This document shows positions 36,089 through 46,959 of a DNA stretch of 64,000 bases, piece by piece. The position numbers and the translations under genes are program-made. Each line of letters begins with the position of its first letter. Positions within the stretch are counted from its first letter, which is position 1. The notes beneath the pieces were generated by a model. It was given only the letters and a program-made list of their open reading frames with translations. It was not told the DNA's origin and made no database searches. The DNA is from Acidobacteriota bacterium (GTDB taxonomy: Bacteria; Acidobacteriota; Terriglobia; Terriglobales; Acidobacteriaceae): contig JAJZDM010000004.1 in NCBI GenBank assembly GCA_021806005.1, positions 948 to 64,947 on the forward strand, given 5' to 3'.

Positions 36089-36790
36089 TTACATGCGGAG
36101 GTAGCCGAAGTGTCCCTTGCTTTCGAGCACGGCTATCGCTGAGACCATGGAGGGTACGATCAGGACTCCGGGCAGCAGGTTTGTTTGCAGATCGTGCAAA
36201 ACGTCCGGTTGTTTGAGGCTGAACTTTTTAGCCAGAGACATCGACTCTCCCCGGATGGCCATGTGGCAGGCGAGCAGTTGCACGCCGCGCGCCTGGAGCG
36301 CCTGAATGCTGGAGTCCTGCTCCGCTGGGCCGCCGTTGCGCAGGTCATCGGATGGATGGTTTGCAGGACTGCCGGAGGCGCTGGGGTAAAAGATGTTGCG
36401 CGTTGCCGGCTTGCCGGTCTTCGGGTCTTTGATATGCATCGATTCGCCGATGTGATACTTCTCCCAGAGCGAATCGTTGAAGTTCATCACGGTTGCCTTG
36501 GCGCGGAGCGCAGCAACGATCTTTATCCTGTCGTTGTCGATACCGAATCCGACCTCCAATCCAATCAATGAATTCAGTATGTGGAAGAACGCGTTGCCAT
36601 CGTCGACGTCGGTGACGTCATAGAGTTGCTTAATCTCGTAATGCTGTTTGAGCAACTGATCGAAGGACGCCATCTTCCAGTCTGCCGGATCCAGTTGGCG
36701 CCCGGTTTCAGCGGATACATCGGGTGAGACGAGCACGGCGAGACTCGCTGCCGCGCCGCTGAAAAATCCTCTGCGGTCCATCAAGTTCAT
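36089..36790 (-). CDS. Tat-exported hypothetical protein, possibly DsrE/DsrF-like fold
   Basis: GGAGGA SD and twin-arginine signal MNLMDRRGFFSGAAASLAVLV. The C-terminal ...GVQLLACHMAI...LLPGVLIVPSMVSAIAVLESKGHFGYLR resembles DsrE-family topology (weak, from memory). Confidence 0.45.
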   Translation of the reverse strand: MNLMDRRGFFSGAAASLAVLVSPDVSAETGRQLDPADWKMASFDQLLKQHYEIKQLYDVTDVDDGNAFFHILNSLIGLEVGFGIDNDRIKIVAALRAKATVMNFNDSLWEKYHIGESMHIKDPKTGKPATRNIFYPSASGSPANHPSDDLRNGGPAEQDSSIQALQARGVQLLACHMAIRGESMSLAKKFSLKQPDVLHDLQTNLLPGVLIVPSMVSAIAVLESKGHFGYLRM

Positions 36791-37063
36791 CTATCCTCCA
36801 GTGTGCAGATCCGTTCGCCAGGCACAACGGGTGTTCACGCCTTGCTCCGCAACAAATCGCTGCCATGAAAGATTGTAAGTCTCGCGCGGGGGGAAGAGGG
36901 ATTGAGCGTGAGACGCAAGAGAGGAACAATACTCGACGCGGAGAGGCGTGGAGGAGCGCGGCCAGAGATGTGCCCGTGGAGGAGAAGACGATGGGGAACA
37001 GCAGAGAGGTTGGTGGTGTGGAGAGATTGATTGCCGGCAAGTGTCTGGGTTTGCAGAGAGATG

Positions 37064-37105
37064 AGGAAGAAAAGAGGAAGGCCCCGGAGGATCTCCGGGG
37101 CCTTC
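37064..37105 (-). terminator. Rho-independent terminator after groEL
   Basis: 12-bp stem GAAGGCCCCGGA/TCCGGGGCCTTC (37077-37105). The minus-strand transcript continues with CTCTTTTCTTCC. Confidence 0.8.
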
Positions 37106-37153
37106 GCGCTTTGGTGTGGCTCGTCCGGGGTGGTTCCCCAGACGGAGCGGTTC

Positions 37154-38827
<1,674 letters not shown>

Positions 38828-38951
38828 TTATCCTTGTGCCGGCTGTTCCGGCGAATGGGCTCTGGGGTTCAAATCGGTGGTCGTCAGCGCGGGGCGTTGA
38901 AGCGGGCCGGGATGCGGCGATGTGCCCGTGCCGACTACTCGATGCGTAGAT

Positions 38952-39248
38952 CTACTTGAGGATGCCGAGAACCTCTTCCTCGCGCATGATGAGATACTCC
39001 TCGCCATCGAGTTTGATCTCAGTGCCGGAGTACTTGCCGAAGAGGACCGTGTCGCCGGCCTTGACGTCCAGGGGGAAGACCTTGCCTTCATCGTTGGACT
39101 TGCCTTTGCCGACCGAGATGACTTTGCCCTGCTGCGGCTTTTCCTTGGCCGAGTCAGGGATGATGATGCCGCCACGAACGGTTTCGCCCTCTTCGAGGCG
39201 GCGAACCAGAATGCGATCGTGCAACGGCGTAAAAGAAGTGGCTGCCAT
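38952..39248 (-). CDS. groES: Co-chaperonin GroES
   Basis: [47 protein letters not shown]... ATG at 39248 is preceded by AAGGAGAA. Confidence 0.96.
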   Translation of the reverse strand: MAATSFTPLHDRILVRRLEEGETVRGGIIIPDSAKEKPQQGKVISVGKGKSNDEGKVFPLDVKAGDTVLFGKYSGTEIKLDGEEYLIMREEEVLGILK

Positions 39249-39336
39249 GTAAATGGTTCTCCTTGGGTTTCTGTTCAACAGTGTGTTGGGTAGGGCGCGA
39301 GGCCTGCCGAAGGGTTTTGACGAACCCGGATGGGGC

Positions 39337-39363
39337 TTAGCACTCTCTACCGCCGATTGCTAA
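39337..39363 (-). promoter_or_regulatory. CIRCE operator (HrcA binding site) upstream of groES
   Basis: Sense strand TTAGCAATC-N9-GAGTGCTAA versus consensus TTAGCACTC-N9-GAGTGCTAA (17/18). Confidence 0.8.
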
Positions 39364-39390
39364 TTTATGTCACTCGGGGCAGGGAGTCAA
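39362..39390 (-). promoter_or_regulatory. Sigma-70-type groES promoter: TTGACT-N17-TAAATT, with the -10 overlapping the first bases of CIRCE
   Basis: Minus strand -35 at 39390-39385 and -10 at 39367-39362; read directly. Confidence 0.5.
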
Positions 39391-39655
39391 GTGGGCGAAG
39401 ATAAAATATTAGTAAAAGCCACTCATGTTTCCGCACATGAAAGACATTAACGGAGCGTGGCCTGTTCCGGGCTGCGAGCATCCATCTGGAGGTCCAGATC
39501 CGGGGGGGGATGCATGGCTGCGAGCCGTCAGACGGAGGCGTTCGGGACGCCGGCCCGGAGGCGCACCAGGATGCTGGGGAGCAACGGTCTGGCAGGTGTA
39601 GCGGCGGGCGGACAAGGGGCTACGCGCGACTCGACTTTTGCATTAAAATCAGCCC

Positions 39656-40330
39656 ATGAAACTCGTAGGGTACGGATCGAAGGTTTTAACCGGTCGTCCA
39701 TTCAGGCAAGGTCTTCCGGATGCGGGATGGCGTGGGTTGGTCGGGTCTGCTGCTGTTGCACTGTTGCTCACTGGCTTCTCCAGCGCGGGGGCGCAGGAGG
39801 CGCGCTACCAGCGGAAGTACAAGCCGTTGCCGCAGCTCTCACACATTGTGGTGCTGGTGGAGAAGGGCTTTGATGGCAAGCCGATGACCAATGTTCCGGT
39901 GGTCTTCCGCTCGACCTTCGGGGGGCGCGATGATGGGAATATGGAGATCAAGACCGATCCCGATGGCAAGGCCACGATGGACCTGATCCAGGTGGGCAGT
40001 GATGTGGAAGTGCAGGTGATTGCGAATGGTTATGCCACCTACTCTCAGAAGATGCCCAATGTGGGTGCTACGGCATCTCTGGTGGTGAAACTGATCGCGC
40101 CGCGAGAACAGGTTTCGCGGTGGAAGAACGCAATGGGGCAGGAGTCCACGGTGCAGCCGGGGATACAGGAGCCTCCTCACCCGAAGTTGGCTCCGCCCCC
40201 GGTGAACGCGGACGGATACTCCCTGCCGGCGAGCACCCCGGATGCCGGCTCCTCGCCGGCCAGCGCCTCGACCGGAAGTTCTGCGACGCAGACGGGAACA
40301 CCGGCGACGCAGACGGGCACGCCGCAGTGA
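39656..40330 (+). CDS. Hypothetical secreted protein with carboxypeptidase-regulatory-like (Ig-like) domain and Ser/Thr/Pro-rich tail
   Basis: ATG start and N-terminal hydrophobic segment. HIVVLVEKGFDGKPMTNVPVVFRS...TDPDGKATMDL...VQVIANGYATY looks like a CarboxypepD_reg fold. C-terminal TQTGTPATQTGTPQ repeat. Confidence 0.45.
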   Translation: MKLVGYGSKVLTGRPFRQGLPDAGWRGLVGSAAVALLLTGFSSAGAQEARYQRKYKPLPQLSHIVVLVEKGFDGKPMTNVPVVFRSTFGGRDDGNMEIKTDPDGKATMDLIQVGSDVEVQVIANGYATYSQKMPNVGATASLVVKLIAPREQVSRWKNAMGQESTVQPGIQEPPHPKLAPPPVNADGYSLPASTPDAGSSPASASTGSSATQTGTPATQTGTPQ

Positions 40331-41067
40331 CCGCACAGGCGTTACGGCCGCTGGAGGGACGGCGGGTTCTGGTGACCGGCGGAGCGAGGCGGATTGGCCG
40401 CACACTCGCGCTTGCGCTGGCTGAGGCGGGCGCCACGGTGGCGATCACCTACCGTGAGTCGGAGGCAGAGGCGGGACGGACGGTTGCGGAGCTGAAGGAG
40501 CGGACGGCCGGGGCCTTTGCCGTGCGCTGCGATCTGCGCGAGCCTTCCAGCGTCAAGGAGGGAGTTGCTGAGGCGGTTGATGGCCTGGGGGGACTGGACC
40601 TGCTGGTGAACAACGCAGGGGTCTTTGCGTCGGCTCCGCTGGAGCAGATCAGCGTGGCCGAGTGGGACCAGATGTACGCGGTGAATACCCGGGGGCCTTT
40701 TCTGGCGGCCCAAGCGGCGCATGGGCATCTGAAGGCGTCCCGCGGGAGGATTGTCAACATCGGCTCGCTGGGCGGGATGCATCCCTGGGTTACGCATGCC
40801 CACTACTGCACCTCAAAGGCTGCGCTGCACATGCTGTCACACACCATGGCCAAGGCCTGGGCGCCGGAGATCAGTGTGAACTGCGTGGCTCCGGGCATGA
40901 TCGTGATGGGAGAGCTGAATCCGGCCTACGAGCAGTTTGCCTTGAAGACGCCGATGCAGCGCAATGGAACCGCCCTGGATGTGGCGCAGGCGGTGCTTTT
41001 CTTTGCTACCGGACCGCACTTCATCACCGGACAGATGCTGGCCGTGGATGGTGGTCTGGGGCTGTAG
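40327..41067 (+). CDS. SDR-family oxidoreductase (pteridine-reductase/FolM-like)
   Basis: GTG at 40327 overlaps the upstream TGA (GTGA). VLVTGGARRIGRTLALAL, NNAG, YCTSK. Confidence 0.8.
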   Translation: MTAQALRPLEGRRVLVTGGARRIGRTLALALAEAGATVAITYRESEAEAGRTVAELKERTAGAFAVRCDLREPSSVKEGVAEAVDGLGGLDLLVNNAGVFASAPLEQISVAEWDQMYAVNTRGPFLAAQAAHGHLKASRGRIVNIGSLGGMHPWVTHAHYCTSKAALHMLSHTMAKAWAPEISVNCVAPGMIVMGELNPAYEQFALKTPMQRNGTALDVAQAVLFFATGPHFITGQMLAVDGGLGL

Positions 41068-41190
41068 GGTTGGAGACGAGGTTTGACCCCGGCAAGGTCG
41101 GGGCTGCTCCGGTCGGGGCAGAAGACGTCGGCTGGAAGAGGGGGCAGATCGGGGAATCACGGTGGCGTGATCCGGAGGGCCGGGAGGGCC

Positions 41191-42012
41191 TCAGTGTTGT
41201 CCGCGGCCGGTCTTTGAATCCTTCCACAGGATCTGCCACCAGCGCCGGTTGTACCGTGGATCGTCCTGGTAGAGGTGGAGTGGCTCCTCCTGGGGCGGAA
41301 GGGGAAGGCTGCTGCATACGGCGCTGGGGTTGTGGGTGCAGAGGCGGTCGGCGTAGTCGCGGCCGTACTTTTTGGCGACCAGGTCGTGGGCTGCGCGCAT
41401 GCGCGGCGGGCGCGAGCGGGTGTCATGGGCATCGGTGGCCAGGAAGTGAACCCACCGATCGGCGAGCAGGCGGTGAGCCATGCGCTGAGCAGAGCGCCCC
41501 ATCTCTCCGGTTACGGAGCCGGCGGTGACCTGGGTGAGCATGCCGATTCGCATCCAGTCGGCCAGGCGGCTGGAGTCGCGTTGCAGCGTGGGGTTCCGTT
41601 CGGGGTGGGTCAGGATGAGCCGCATGCCGGCGAGGCCAAGTTCATAAAAGGCCTCGTCGAGGTGAGGGGACAGGCCGAAGTCGGGCAACTCGACCAGCAG
41701 ATAGTCTCCACCGTTGACGGTATACTTTGCGGGGTGGGCGATAGCGTCCTGTATGTTGTCGTAGCTCAGGTGAAAGTCGCAGCCGGAGGTGACGGAGAGT
41801 GGAATGGAGGCTGCCGCCAGGGCCGCACGCAGTTGTTCCAGCCGGGCATGGACACGGTCGGGATCGAACGCATAGACGTTGTTGGCGTGTGGGGTGGCGA
41901 CGACCTGAGTGATGCCGTCCTCAACAGCAATGCGGGCCATGGCCAACGACGTTTCAAGATTGGGTGATCCGTCGTCCAGCCCTGGGAGCAGATGATGGTG
42001 AATATCAATCAT
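41191..42012 (-). CDS. PHP-family protein-tyrosine phosphatase (CpsB/YwqE-like)
   Basis: MIDIHHHLLPGLDDGSP...ATPHAN...THPERN...LATDAHD metal-binding motifs. ATG at 42012 within ORF 41191-42099. Confidence 0.8.
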   Translation of the reverse strand: MIDIHHHLLPGLDDGSPNLETSLAMARIAVEDGITQVVATPHANNVYAFDPDRVHARLEQLRAALAAASIPLSVTSGCDFHLSYDNIQDAIAHPAKYTVNGGDYLLVELPDFGLSPHLDEAFYELGLAGMRLILTHPERNPTLQRDSSRLADWMRIGMLTQVTAGSVTGEMGRSAQRMAHRLLADRWVHFLATDAHDTRSRPPRMRAAHDLVAKKYGRDYADRLCTHNPSAVCSSLPLPPQEEPLHLYQDDPRYNRRWWQILWKDSKTGRGQH

Positions 42013-42217
42013 GCAGACTACCGCAAGAGTAACACCGCGAAGGGATAGCCGATGGGAGTTGAACCTGGGGTGGGCAGCGCGGGGGCGCCGTTGCTGCATC
42101 CAATGATATGTCCGACCCGTCCAGGCACGTCCATTCGCTTGTGGTGCATCCGCATACGTAAGATGGTGGCGGGGAGTTTGCGTCTAACCAGCAGATAGAG
42201 TAAGGAATCTGAAGAAC

Positions 42218-42598
42218 ATGACTGAAACGACGACCCAACGACCGAAGCCGCGCGTTCTGGTAGCTGATGATGAACAGGTGATTGCGAATACGCTGGCGAT
42301 TATTCTGAACCAGGCGGGTTTTGAGGCCCGCGCGGTCTACAGCGGGGAAAAGGCCGTGGAGGCGCTCGACACCTTCCAGCCGGACATGCTGATCTCCGAC
42401 GTGATCATGACCGGCATGACGGGTATTGAGGCGGCGATCCGGACCCGGGCCCGCCTGCCGGAGTGCAAGATTCTGTTGTTTTCAGGTCAGGCGGCTACGG
42501 CGGATCTTCTGGAACGCGCGCGCACGCAGGGACATGAGTTTGAGATTCTGGCCAAGCCGGTGCACCCCACGGACCTGCTGGCGAAGTTGCGCGGGTAA
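42218..42598 (+). CDS. Single-domain response regulator (CheY-like receiver)
   Basis: RVLVADDE...DMLISDVIMTGMTG...LFSG...AKP; TAAGGAA SD. Confidence 0.85.
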   Translation: MTETTTQRPKPRVLVADDEQVIANTLAIILNQAGFEARAVYSGEKAVEALDTFQPDMLISDVIMTGMTGIEAAIRTRARLPECKILLFSGQAATADLLERARTQGHEFEILAKPVHPTDLLAKLRG

Positions 42599-42784
42599 AG
42601 GATTTTCAGTGCAGGTGTGACGCCACATCGTGGCTTCCGTGGCCCTGTTTCCACGGTCCAGGGCGCCCAGCAAGTTCGCCTGGCGGGGTGGAAGGAAGAC
42701 CGACTGTGACCCTCGAACCCTTGTGGCAGAGCTCCTGGGCGGCGCTTGAGGGTGCAAGCAAGCGGCATGGGGCCTGGTGATGCT

Positions 42785-43612
42785 TCAGAGGGGTTTGCCG
42801 GCGCGCCGGCGGAGCAACTCCCGGCGTTTTACCTCGATCAGGAACTCATAGAAGCCGTGCAGCGTGGCGTACATGACCCCTGCGCGGCCATCCAGGATGG
42901 CGCCACGCACGAACATCATGTAGCACCACTTGATCAGGGGTCGCGCGGGAAGCTCATAGAAGATGGCCTTCTGGGCGACCCGGCGTTCATGGAAGTTCCG
43001 CGCGAACAGGGCCTGGGTGAGTGAGGCTCCATGGGTGGCCTCGCCGCTGGCGAGCAACTCGGCCTCCTTGCTGGAGTAGGTGTTGTGCTTGGCCATCCAG
43101 TGGGTGATGCCCTTGGAGAAGGCCAGGTGATCGAAGGCCGCATGGAGTTGGCGGATCTCTCCGTCGACCTGAACCACCTCGTTGATATCCCGGGTGTAGT
43201 GCGCATGGCCCGCACGCAGCAATCGAACGTAGTAGGGGGTAAGCTGCGCGTGCTGGAGCCATGTGCCCCAGAGGTAGTCGCGGCGGCGCATGCGGAAGCC
43301 TGACACCTCTTCGGGCGCGCTGGCGACAGCGGCCTGCATCTCCACGATCAAATCCGGGGTGGGCCGTTCATCAGCGTCGAGCACCAGAATCCACTGGTTG
43401 CGGAAGGGAAGCTGCAGGCCGGCGTTGCGCTGCGAGGCGAAGCCATCAAACTTTCGCTGGGAGAGCAGAGCTCCGCGCTGGCGGGCGATGTCGAGGGTGC
43501 GGTCGGTGCTGCCTGAGTCCAGGACATGGATGTCGTCGGACCAGGCAACGGAGTCCAGGCATCCGGGCAGATCCTGCTCCTCATTGTGGGTGAGGATGAG
43601 GACGGAGATCAC
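42785..43612 (-). CDS. Glycosyltransferase family 2
   Basis: (M)ISVLILTHNEEQDLPGCLDS...HVLDSGSTD...VLDADE. The GTG start overlaps the upstream stop (GTGA). Confidence 0.85.
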   Translation of the reverse strand: MISVLILTHNEEQDLPGCLDSVAWSDDIHVLDSGSTDRTLDIARQRGALLSQRKFDGFASQRNAGLQLPFRNQWILVLDADERPTPDLIVEMQAAVASAPEEVSGFRMRRRDYLWGTWLQHAQLTPYYVRLLRAGHAHYTRDINEVVQVDGEIRQLHAAFDHLAFSKGITHWMAKHNTYSSKEAELLASGEATHGASLTQALFARNFHERRVAQKAIFYELPARPLIKWCYMMFVRGAILDGRAGVMYATLHGFYEFLIEVKRRELLRRRAGKPL

Positions 43613-44325
43613 GCGGAACCTCTGACGGAGGGCGAGTGATCGGGATCCGGCTGAGTCGGGTCTGGCGGATGAAGCGCGATCTGGAGCGCGCCGGGGAGTG
43701 TCTGCTCGCTCTGCAGGTGCTGTTCGGCTCCATCCGGGGATGGCCTGCGCCGCTGCAGGCGGACCACGGCTGGATTGCCACTGTAGACGGTCCAGGGCTT
43801 GAGGTCGCGCAGAGCGACGGCGCCCAGGCCCAGCACAGCGCCCTCTCCCACGTGAACTCCGGGGGCGACGGCGGCGCGGGCGCAGATCCAGGCGTAGCTC
43901 TCAATGTGCATGCGATAGGCGATCAGGGGAAAGTCGGGGTGATTGTAATCATGCGTCGCGCCGCAAAGGTAGCAGCCCTGCGACAGGATGACGTGGGTAT
44001 CAATCTGGATGGGAGATGGATTGTAGATCTCTGCGCCATCGGCCACCGCTACGTGATCCGCGCAGACCAGGTTCCAGGGGGCCCAGACTCTGGAGGCGGG
44101 ATAGAAGTGGCAGTCCGGTCCCAGGGTGGCGCCGAAGAGGCGCAGCAGCGTGGCGCGCCAGGCGTGCAGGGGGCGTGGTGAGGGACGGTAGAACAGCAGC
44201 CAGCAGAGGTTCCACGCCAGGCGGCGCAGGCGGTTGCCCAGGCTGAACGCCGGCCGGGTGTAGGCATCGGCGTGGGTCTCAGCGGAGATGTGGTCGGCGG
44301 CATGGTAGTCCGCTGGACGGCCCAT
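43609..44325 (-). CDS. Hexapeptide-repeat O-acetyltransferase, WcaF-like
   Basis: WRATLLRLFGATLG...PWNLVCADHVAVADGAEIYN...LCGATHDYN...WICARAAVAPGVHVGEGAVLGLGAV...GNPA. Confidence 0.8.
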   Translation of the reverse strand: MGRPADYHAADHISAETHADAYTRPAFSLGNRLRRLAWNLCWLLFYRPSPRPLHAWRATLLRLFGATLGPDCHFYPASRVWAPWNLVCADHVAVADGAEIYNPSPIQIDTHVILSQGCYLCGATHDYNHPDFPLIAYRMHIESYAWICARAAVAPGVHVGEGAVLGLGAVALRDLKPWTVYSGNPAVVRLQRRRPSPDGAEQHLQSEQTLPGALQIALHPPDPTQPDPDHSPSVRGSA

Positions 44326-44328
44326 GGT

Positions 44329-45531
44329 TCAGTTTGCCTCTCGGTCTGGCTGCGGGGAGTGGGCGCGGTGAGACTGCGCCTGGAGCGATTCAAAGGTACG
44401 CAGAACCACGGCACTGTTTCTGCGCATATCATAGCGCGCGGCGAAGGCTGCCTTGCACCGCTGCCCCATCGCCATCCGTTCCTCGCCGGGGAGGGCGAGC
44501 CATCGATCCAGCAGGCGGAGCGTACCTTCGAGGGTATCCGGTTCGACCAGCCCACAGCCGTCGGCCGTAATCTCGGGATGGATGTTGATCTGGTCTGAGA
44601 TGAGCACTGGACGGCCACAGGCCAGCGCTTCAGCGACTGCGATGCCGAAGTTCTCCTGGTGGGAGGGAAGTACAAAGGCCTCGCAGAGCGCGAAGGCCCC
44701 CCACTTGGCGTCGCCCTGCAACATGCCGGGCCAGTGGACGCGGTGGCTAACCCCGGCATCGTCCGCGATCTTTTGCAGCTCAGGCTGCATGCCATTGGGG
44801 TCGGGACCGGCCATGATGAGGTGCAGCGCCGGATGTGCGGGTGCGATGCTGGTGAAGGCACGCAAGAGCAGGTCGCACCCCTTTTTTGGATGGATGCGAG
44901 AGAGGAAGAGCAGGTAGCGGCGATCCTGATCTGCCGCGGCGAGTTGCGGACAGCGCTGGTAGAGCGCTGGAATCAGATGATCGTCCTGCACCGCATGAGG
45001 GTCGGCTCCGTAGGAGACCACCATGGGATTCCACCGCCATAGCCAGAAGCTTTGGGTTGCCAGATCGCGTTCCAGCGTGGTGGTAAACATCACCCGGGAG
45101 GCTGCGCGGAGAACCCAGTACTGGACCAGCACCCAATAGACCCACTTCTTGACGTGCTTGAGCGGGTAGCGGCGTTTGAAGTACGGATCGAGCATGCCGT
45201 GAGAAAAGACCAGGTAGGGCTTGCGTCCGGCCACGGCGAGGAGAACAGCCAGGCCGGTGAACTCCCAGAGCCCGTGCAGGATGACCCCGTCGAAGCGGTC
45301 GAGGTTGGCGCGGAGCCAGGGAATCAGCCGGGGTGAGTACCAGGAGCGTCTCTGTCTTCCGAGGGCATGAATATGGAAGGGGAATACGCTAAGGAAGGGA
45401 GCATCCGGGCTATCGAGCGTAGCCACCTCCGCCTCATAGCCGGGTGGACGATACTGGATGATCATCCGGATGGCCTCGGTAGGGCCGCCCGCGGCGGGGT
45501 TGATGGATCCGACGATGTGCAGAACTCTCAT
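44329..45531 (-). CDS. Glycosyltransferase family 4 (GT-B)
   Basis: MRVLHIVGSINPAAGGP...; C-terminal ...FVLPSHQENFGIAVAEALACGRPVLIS (E-x7-E region). Confidence 0.85.
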   Translation of the reverse strand: MRVLHIVGSINPAAGGPTEAIRMIIQYRPPGYEAEVATLDSPDAPFLSVFPFHIHALGRQRRSWYSPRLIPWLRANLDRFDGVILHGLWEFTGLAVLLAVAGRKPYLVFSHGMLDPYFKRRYPLKHVKKWVYWVLVQYWVLRAASRVMFTTTLERDLATQSFWLWRWNPMVVSYGADPHAVQDDHLIPALYQRCPQLAAADQDRRYLLFLSRIHPKKGCDLLLRAFTSIAPAHPALHLIMAGPDPNGMQPELQKIADDAGVSHRVHWPGMLQGDAKWGAFALCEAFVLPSHQENFGIAVAEALACGRPVLISDQINIHPEITADGCGLVEPDTLEGTLRLLDRWLALPGEERMAMGQRCKAAFAARYDMRRNSAVVLRTFESLQAQSHRAHSPQPDREAN

Positions 45532-45658
45532 GGAGTGTCCGGTGGATCTTTGAGGCGACCCGGGGTAGATTCGCGACCCTGGTCACCTGGTCCTGGTTGA
45601 ACTTTGTCCTCTCGTATGGTGAAACGGTGCAAGCAGAGCAGGAAGAGAGTTCAGGGTA

Positions 45659-46945
45659 TCAGTCCCTGAACCAACGTGTAGCGCAAGCCAGCGCGCTCCG
45701 CAGGCCTTGCACGTCTTCTTCATAGCTCCAGGATTGGATACGCTTCCGGGCGTTATGGCCCATGACTCGAGCCGACTGCGGGGAGGCGAAGACGCGGCGC
45801 AGGGCATCGGCGAGCGCTTCGATATCGCCTGCGGGGAAGACCCAGCCCTCCACCCCGTCGCGGATCAGATCGTAGTGGCAGCCTACATCGGTGGAGACGA
45901 TGGCGGGGCAGCCGGCGGCCATCGCCTCATTCACGATCAACCCCCAGGGCTCATGCCGGGAGGGTAGTACGAAGACGCTGGCGAGGGCAAAGAATCCGGG
46001 CAGTTCAGACTGGTTGCGAAATCCGGCGAAGCGCACATCCTCGAGGCCGAGCTGCCGCGTTCTCTCCTCCAGCCGGGGGCGTTCGGCGCCGTCGCCGACG
46101 ATCACCAGGCAGGGCCGGTCGTTGGATGGATGGGATGGATGGGATGGATGGCTGGCGAGGAAGCGGCGATAGGCTTCCAGCAGATGATCGGCGTGCTTGC
46201 GCTGCTGGAGCTTGGAGGCGAAGAGAATCACCGGCCTGCCTGCAGGTATGCCCAGCTCCGAGCGCAACTCGGTCTGGCGTGCTTCAGAGGCCTGGGCGAG
46301 GCGTGCAAAGTACTGGTTGTCGACCGCATAGGGCATGCGGAACTGCGGAATCCCGTCTCCGAAGTAGTGGGTCCAGTAGGCCTGGTTGGCGGTTCCAATG
46401 GGAAGAACCGCGGCAACCCCGGGACGCAGAAGATGGAAGAATGCCTGTTTGAGGGCGAGCTTCCAGGGGTTGCGGACCCGGTCGGCGAGCCAGGATTCGG
46501 CGCGCAGCAGGACGGGAATACCCAGAGCGTTGGCGGCCAGGATAGCCAGCAGGGAGTTGATGCCGGCATAACCGTGCACCCAGAGAGCATCGAAGGCCGG
46601 GCTTCCGTCCTGCTGGCGCAGGCGGCGGTAGAGGCCGCGGCTGATGGGGCTGGCAGGAGAGATGCTGCCGGAATCGCGCCAGGGCTTAAGGAACTCCGAG
46701 CGATAGCCCTCGAGGAGGGGTGTATCCCAGGCGACCTCGACGCCAAAGCCCTGGTCCTTGTATCTCCGCACCGAGAGATCTGATCCGAAGAGCACAGTGA
46801 GGTCGATGTCGGGTTCCTGGGCGATGCGGCGGAGCAGAGGAGCCTGGTACTGAATGGGATGGCTCACGAGATAGGCCAGGCGAAGCCGGCCGGAGGCGCT
46901 GCTCCGGCCGGTAGTGTGGCGATCAGGTGGCAGCGGAGCTGTCAT
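45659..46945 (-). CDS. Glycosyltransferase family 4 (GT-B)
   Basis: ...VFVLPSRHEPWGLIVNEAMAAGCPAIVS...; contains an HPS x3 linker. Confidence 0.85.
   Translation of the reverse strand: MTAPLPPDRHTTGRSSASGRLRLAYLVSHPIQYQAPLLRRIAQEPDIDLTVLFGSDLSVRRYKDQGFGVEVAWDTPLLEGYRSEFLKPWRDSGSISPASPISRGLYRRLRQQDGSPAFDALWVHGYAGINSLLAILAANALGIPVLLRAESWLADRVRNPWKLALKQAFFHLLRPGVAAVLPIGTANQAYWTHYFGDGIPQFRMPYAVDNQYFARLAQASEARQTELRSELGIPAGRPVILFASKLQQRKHADHLLEAYRRFLASHPSHPSHPSNDRPCLVIVGDGAERPRLEERTRQLGLEDVRFAGFRNQSELPGFFALASVFVLPSRHEPWGLIVNEAMAAGCPAIVSTDVGCHYDLIRDGVEGWVFPAGDIEALADALRRVFASPQSARVMGHNARKRIQSWSYEEDVQGLRSALACATRWFRD
46124..46150. repeat. In-frame simple sequence repeat, 3 x 9 bp (GGATGGATG), encoding HPS-HPS-HPS on the minus strand
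   Basis: Read directly; lies inside the GT4 gene 45659-46945. Confidence 0.9.
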
Positions 46946-46959
46946 TGGGAGGATGTCCC

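Noticed and set aside
38860-38880. GGTTCAAATC T-loop-like string suggesting a tRNA in the groES-groEL spacer
   Set aside because: No acceptor stem, anticodon arm or D-arm can be drawn around it. It lies in a 130-nt operon spacer and is on the antisense strand relative to the operon.
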